From contig CAVZQC010000002.1 in NCBI GenBank assembly GCA_963777315.1, positions 864,704-928,703 on the forward strand: 64,000 nucleotides of DNA, written 5' to 3'. The notes below the pieces were generated by a model, which searched no databases, was not told the DNA's origin, and was given only the letters and a program-made list of their open reading frames with translations. The stretch comes from Vulcanimicrobiota bacterium (lineage in GTDB: Bacteria; Vulcanimicrobiota; Vulcanimicrobiia; Vulcanimicrobiales; Vulcanimicrobiaceae). Shown piece after piece: positions 58,949 to 64,000 of this stretch (position 1 is the first letter of the stretch; the number at the start of each line of letters is the position of its first letter). A program made the translations under genes and the position numbers.

Positions 58949-59401
58949 CTGATCTGTCCGACCTGCCGTAAGAGCGAAACGCGCGTCGTCGATTCGCGCG
59001 ACGACGAAAACGTCGTTCGCCGGCGCCGAGAATGTCTGGACGCGCGCTGCAAGCACCGTTTCACCACGTACGAGAGAATGGAAGCGCCGCGCCTGTTCGT
59101 GGTCAAAAAAGACGGCCGGCGCGAGCAGTTCAACCGCGGCAAGATCTTGGCCGGACTACGCCGCGCGTGCGAAAAGCGTCCCGTTTCGGAGAGCCAGATG
59201 GAAGCCGTCGCCGCGGACCTCGAACGTCAGCTGTTCGCTCGCGGCGAGAGCGAGGTTCCGTCCACGACGATCGGAGAGAAGCTCATGGAAGCGCTGCGCG
59301 GTTTGGACAAAGTTGCCTACATCCGTTTCGCCAGCGTGTACCGGCAGTTTCGCGACGTGGAGAGCTTTCAGGAAGAGTTGGCGACGCTGCTTGCCAAGTA
59401 G
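58949..59401 (+). CDS. nrdR: Transcriptional repressor NrdR (CTG start)
   Basis: (M)[31 protein letters not shown] + ATP cone [18 protein letters not shown]. Confidence 0.93.
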   Translation: MICPTCRKSETRVVDSRDDENVVRRRRECLDARCKHRFTTYERMEAPRLFVVKKDGRREQFNRGKILAGLRRACEKRPVSESQMEAVAADLERQLFARGESEVPSTTIGEKLMEALRGLDKVAYIRFASVYRQFRDVESFQEELATLLAK

Positions 59402-59409
59402 CGCGGTCC

Positions 59410-59883
59410 ATGCCCGAACTTCGCGCCGTTGCGCTCAAGCGTTTGCCCGAAGGAACGGGTCTGCCGCTTCCCGCGTATATGTCGGCTCAGGCCGCAGGCG
59501 CCGATTTGTGTGCGGCCGTCGCCGGGGACGTTCTTCTCAAGCCCGGCGAGCGGGCGCTGATTCCTACGGGGTTTGCCATCGCGGTGCCGGAGGGATATGA
59601 GGCGCAGATTCGGCCTCGCAGCGGTCTGGCGCTCAACAACGGCGTGACGTGTCTAAACGCGCCCGGTACGATCGATGCGGACTACCGCGGTCCGGTCAAC
59701 GTCGTGCTCGCCAATTTGGGCAGCGAGCCGTTCGTGGTGCGTCGAGGCGATCGCATTGCGCAAATGGTCGTCGCGCCGCTGGTACGCGCACTATTTGAGC
59801 CCGTCGACGAACTTCCGCAAACGCTGCGCTCGGGCGGCGGCTTCGGACACACCGGAATGCAAACGCCGGAGGGCAAGCCGTGA
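59410..59883 (+). CDS. dut: dUTP diphosphatase
   Basis: [32 protein letters not shown]. Confidence 0.95.
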   Translation: MPELRAVALKRLPEGTGLPLPAYMSAQAAGADLCAAVAGDVLLKPGERALIPTGFAIAVPEGYEAQIRPRSGLALNNGVTCLNAPGTIDADYRGPVNVVLANLGSEPFVVRRGDRIAQMVVAPLVRALFEPVDELPQTLRSGGGFGHTGMQTPEGKP

Positions 59884-60860
59884 AAGTCTACATCGTGGGC
59901 GCAGGCGCGGTCGGGACGTACATCGGCGGACTGCTGCAGTCGATCAACGTCGAGGTTTCGTACGCGCCGCGCGCGTTGGAGCAGGTCACGCCGGTCGATG
60001 CCGACGTGGCGATCGTCGCAGTCAAGGCGTACGACACCGACGGTGCGGTGCAAACGCTGCGCAAAGCGATTGCCTATCCCGAAAAGTGCGTTTTCGTCAG
60101 TCCGCAAAACGGCATCGGCAGCGAAGAGAAGCTGGCGGCCGCGTTCGGCGCAGCCAATGTGGTGGCAGCGGCGCTCATGACGCCGGTCGAACGTAATCCG
60201 CGCCTGGACGGCCACGGCCGTCCCGCCAAAGAAGGCGGTCTTGCGCTATCGCCGGTCGGCAAGAACGCGTACAACTGGCTGGTGGCGACGTTCGCGAGCA
60301 CGGGGTTGAAAACGCAGGTTGTCGACGACTGGCGCGCGCTCAAGTGGTCCAAGCTCGCGCTCAACGTCGTTGCGAATGCGAGCTGCGCGATCCTCAACGT
60401 TCTGCCCAATCGGCTGGTGCATTTCGAGGAAATCTTCACGCTGGAGATCCGAGCCATCCGCGAAGTTCGTGCCGTCATGCAGGCCCTGGACTTAACGCCG
60501 GTCGATTTGCCGCGCTACCCGGTACGCGCTCTGCAAGGCATTGCGACCCTCCCCAGCCCGATCGCGAAACGGTTGATCGCCGGGCGCGTTGCGGGCGCGC
60601 GCGGAATCAAGCCGCCCTCGCTGCTGCTGGATCTGCGGGCCGGCAAGGCGCAGACGGAAGTCGATCATCTCAACGGCGCGGTTGCATCGGCCGGACGCGA
60701 CCACGGCGTGCGCACGCCCGTCAATTCGGTGTACTCGCGCGTGCTCGAAGATATCGCCCACATGCCGCAATTGTGGGCAAAGTACCGCGAGCGGCCCGAT
60801 ACGCTGGTCGCTGAAGTGGAAGCCGAGGCCAAGCGCGTCAAAGCGCTGGGCAAGAATTGA
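59880..60860 (+). CDS. panE: Ketopantoate reductase family protein
   Basis: VGAGAVG, AVKAYD, QNGIG, WSKL, EVDHLNG. Confidence 0.85.
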   Translation: MKVYIVGAGAVGTYIGGLLQSINVEVSYAPRALEQVTPVDADVAIVAVKAYDTDGAVQTLRKAIAYPEKCVFVSPQNGIGSEEKLAAAFGAANVVAAALMTPVERNPRLDGHGRPAKEGGLALSPVGKNAYNWLVATFASTGLKTQVVDDWRALKWSKLALNVVANASCAILNVLPNRLVHFEEIFTLEIRAIREVRAVMQALDLTPVDLPRYPVRALQGIATLPSPIAKRLIAGRVAGARGIKPPSLLLDLRAGKAQTEVDHLNGAVASAGRDHGVRTPVNSVYSRVLEDIAHMPQLWAKYRERPDTLVAEVEAEAKRVKALGKN

Positions 60861-60869
60861 GGAGCCGGC

Positions 60870-61736
60870 GTGCGCCATCCGCAAGTAAACGAAACCATTG
60901 AGGGCTGGTGGATTCTCCACCGCATGTTTGCATTCGACCGTCGCCGGTGGGCGCGCGCGGCGGCGGACGCTCGCGAACGCATCGGCCGTGAGGCCGTCGA
61001 CGCGCTGCTCGCGTTAAAGAATAGCGATGACGGCGACGTCGCCGTGGCGCAGACGATAGGGCACAAGTCCGACCTGATGTTCACGCACTACGTTCGCACC
61101 TTCGACGATCTCGCGCACGCGCAAACGACCTTGGACTCATGCGAATTGAGCGAGTATCTCGACGCGCGCGAGTCGTACGTTTCCGTGGTGGAGCTGGGTC
61201 TGTACGATGCGACCGGAAAGATCCACGCCCAATTGACCGAGCGCGGGCTCAAGCGCTTTTCGCCCGAGTGGAACGCCGCGTTCGATGAGTTGCTGGCCGA
61301 GCAAGAACAGCACCCGCGCAATGCGGGCCGGCTGTGGGGACGCATCCCGCAGCGGCGCTACGTCTGCTTTTATCCCATGGATAAAAAACGCGACGGAACC
61401 GATAACTGGTACATGCTGCCGTTTGAAGAGCGGGCGCGGCTCATGCTCGAGCATGGCAAAATCGGCCGTTCGTTCCACGGCCTGGTGACGCAAGTCATCT
61501 CGGGATCGATCGGATTCGACGACTACGAATGGGGCGTAGACCTTTACGCCGACGACCCGCTCGTCTTCAAAAAGCTTATCTACGAGATGCGGTTCGACGA
61601 GGCCAGCGCCCGCTATGCCGCTTTCGGGCCGTTCGTGAGCGGCGTACAGTTCTCAGTGGAGCAACTGCTCACGTTCCTGCGGGGCAACGCGGTGCCCACG
61701 TTCGGCATTGCCGACCCTGAGCCGGTAGTCGTATAA
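60870..61736 (+). CDS. hemQ: Coproheme decarboxylase (HemQ/ChdC)
   Basis: CFYPMDKKR, NWYMLPFEER, HG..GR, SIGFDDYEWGV, EMRFDEASARY. Confidence 0.88.
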   Translation: MRHPQVNETIEGWWILHRMFAFDRRRWARAAADARERIGREAVDALLALKNSDDGDVAVAQTIGHKSDLMFTHYVRTFDDLAHAQTTLDSCELSEYLDARESYVSVVELGLYDATGKIHAQLTERGLKRFSPEWNAAFDELLAEQEQHPRNAGRLWGRIPQRRYVCFYPMDKKRDGTDNWYMLPFEERARLMLEHGKIGRSFHGLVTQVISGSIGFDDYEWGVDLYADDPLVFKKLIYEMRFDEASARYAAFGPFVSGVQFSVEQLLTFLRGNAVPTFGIADPEPVVV

Positions 61737-61819
61737 TGCAGCGTGGTCGCCCGGAGGTTTACCGCTCGCGGTACCTGGGGAACACTCAATTAATTGGAGG
61801 GTCCCAACCCCTTGCCGGC

Positions 61820-62578
61820 ATGTCGTCCCAGCACGTAGTCCAGTTTTACGATGCGGATGAAACCGCGTTGTACGAAGGCGTGGCCGCGTATATTGCGCAG
61901 GGTTTGGCCGCCGGCGAATCCGTCGTCGTGGTCACGCATTTCGAGCGCCGCGAGGCGCTTTTTGGCGTGCTGGACCGCTTGCGCACGCAGCCCGACGCCG
62001 AATGTGATGCAGGGCGGCTGACGGTAATCGACTCCGACATCGCGCTCGACGCGATGCAGCTCGCCGGGCGCATCAACGCGGATCGCTTCGATCAGGTCGT
62101 CGCAATTCCGATTCGCGAAGTGGCGGCGCGTTCGAGATCGCGCCGAATGCGCGTCTACGGCGATATGGTCGACACGCTGTGGCAAGACGGCCGGCGAAGC
62201 GAAGCGATCGATCTGGAGCGGTATTGGAACGATCTTCAGGCGCAATTGCCGTTCGACTTGTACTGCGCGTACAAGATTGACGTGTTCGGCGAAGACTTTC
62301 GAGCCGGTACGCTCGCTCCGGTTTTGTGCGAACATTCGCGCCTGGTGCCCAAACAGGAAAACAGCGAACTGCAAAGCGCGCTCGAACACGCCATGCATGA
62401 AATGCTTGGAAGCATGGCACGAGACAGTTCTGAGGACGTAAGCCAGGCATTGCCGCCGGTTTGCCTGCAGCTTGCCGACCGCTGAAGCCACGATACTGTG
62501 GCTGCGAGAAAAATTGCCTGCAGCGCGCGCCCGAAATCTTGCGGCGTGCCCGGCTTTACGCCGGCGGAGCGGCATAGC
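61820..62578 (+). CDS. MEDS domain protein (apparent frameshifts near 62465 and 62520)
   Basis: HVVQFY, RVYGDMVDTLW, AIDLERYWN, LYCAY; plausible tail LPTAEATILWLRE..EILRRARLY in other frames. Confidence 0.75.
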
Positions 62579-62591
62579 TGCAGCGCAGCGC

Positions 62592-63071
62592 TCATTCTTC
62601 GCGGTCGTAATAGTCCAGCGGCCCGCTGCGAATCAGCCGGTATTCCGGCGATTTTACCGCCCATTTATCGCTATCGGGATAGTAACACGATTCGCCGATC
62701 GGATTGTCGGCGATAACGTAGAACAGCAGATCGTCTGCGCCGTCGTTGACGATCTGATGCGGCTCGTGCGGCTTAAAGAGGAAAGCGTCTCCTTCGCGGA
62801 TTGCCAGCGTCCCGTCCTGATGACGAACGGAGCCCGTGCCGCCGATGACGTGATAGAATTCCCATTGGGCGCTGTGGGAGTGATAGGGACACGAGGACGC
62901 GCCCGGAGGAATTTTGGTGATGTCGACGTCGAACGGATGGCGCTCGTTTAAATCGGTCGAGTTGGGATCTCGTCCAAGTTCCTCCGAGATTTTCTTTTCG
63001 GAACGCGAGAATTTTCCGGTCGGCGACGTGCGCGTTTTCCAAGAGAGCTGATTTGTGTCTATTTTTTGCAC
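62592..63071 (-). CDS. Cupin domain protein
   Basis: PYHSHSAQWEFYHV..G; PHEPHQIVN. Confidence 0.85.
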   Translation of the reverse strand: MQKIDTNQLSWKTRTSPTGKFSRSEKKISEELGRDPNSTDLNERHPFDVDITKIPPGASSCPYHSHSAQWEFYHVIGGTGSVRHQDGTLAIREGDAFLFKPHEPHQIVNDGADDLLFYVIADNPIGESCYYPDSDKWAVKSPEYRLIRSGPLDYYDREE

Positions 63072-63086
63072 TGCGATCCTCCAACT

Positions 63087-63501
63087 ATGCGCGTAGCGGT
63101 TCTGAGCGTCGTTGCGGGCGCCGCATTTGCGATTATCGCAGGCGTCATTGCGGGGTTCGTTGCCAAGCCCCCCAACTACATCGTTTCGCCGGTGCTCGGT
63201 CAGAACGCTCGACTTCTGGGACCAACCGCAGGACGAATGTCGAGGCTTTGATTTGGCCTTCGACCAGGTCGCCGAAGCGCGGCGAGAGGGGCGCAGACCC
63301 GATCTTTCAATCATCGACCGACTGCCCGGGCATCACAGAATAGCGGGCGGCACGCAGCTGAAGCTTCTCGACGTACGCACCATTCTCTGCCACGGCCTTG
63401 CCGAGCAGTTCGCCCACGTTCTGGTCGTCGATTCCCACTCGCCGCTGTTTGCGCGGCGAGGCTACATTACCGAAAGCCGCATTCAGCAGGCGCCGTCGTA
63501 A
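63087..63501 (+). CDS. Hypothetical exported protein, probably frameshifted near 63195
   Basis: Hydrophobic leader in one frame, soluble body in an overlapping frame. Confidence 0.4.
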
Positions 63502-63530
63502 CGCGATCCCGGCTCGCGAAGAACAGCGCG

Positions 63531-64000
63531 GTGCTAAAGATCGTGCGAGCGCAAAGCGCTTCGGATTTCGAACTCATGCTACGGTTGCAAACCGAGTACG
63601 AAACCAATCTGCCGCCCGACCTGCGGCACGGGACGATTCCCCCGTTGCACGAAATCGTCGAACGGCATCGTGAGCCCAATGCTGCTTTCTTAGCGCTGAA
63701 CGAGCAGCGCGCTGCTGCGGGATGCATAGCCGTGATCATCCTCGGCTCCAGCGCCGTCATACAGCGTCTGTACGTTCGGCCGCAGCATCGCAAGCTGGGG
63801 GCAGGGCGAGCATTGATGCTGGATTCAATTGCCTACACTCGCGAGAATGGGCCAAAAGCGCGTTGTGCTCGACACCGATCGCGATCGCCTGCGCGCCGCG
63901 TATGAATTATACTTGTCGCTGGGTTTCACCGAGTGTGAGCCATACGGGGAAGTCACCTATGCTCCTGCGACGTTTATGGAACTTCTCTTAGACCCGGCGC
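63531..64000 (+). CDS. GNAT acetyltransferase (frameshift near 63850; runs off window)
   Basis: RLYVRPQHRKLGAGRAL; shifted frame KRVVLDT..AAYELYLSLGF..CEPY. Confidence 0.8.

Overview
GC-rich bacterial chromosome window. The gene repertoire (DUF4760, DUF1800/DUF1501, DUF4097, DUF5679, HemQ plus TolC) suggests a soil lineage such as Ca. Eremiobacterota/Vulcanimicrobiota; this is inference only. Bases 1 to ~8600 are the right arm of a visibly lower-GC genomic island integrated at a tRNA-Ala(CGC). It carries an IS3 element inserted into a drmB-like (DUF1998) gene, a drmC-like PLD nuclease and a drmE-like 796-aa protein, forming a DISARM-like defence locus in non-canonical order. A repeat-rich non-coding region and a translationally coupled five-gene operon ending in xis-int follow. 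The remainder is core or semi-core genome: zur-znuACB, purEK, a two-component system with an RND efflux pump, a WYL regulator with two VOC genes, leucine catabolism (liu), DUF1800/DUF1501 with a 66-bp hairpin tandem repeat, a SigW-like ECF module with back-to-back promoters, an unannotated 46-aa gene, pyrKDFE, argS, rlmH, alkB, dprA, nrdR (CTG start), dut, panE and hemQ. Several genes right of 47 kb carry single-base frameshifts that are probably assembly indels.
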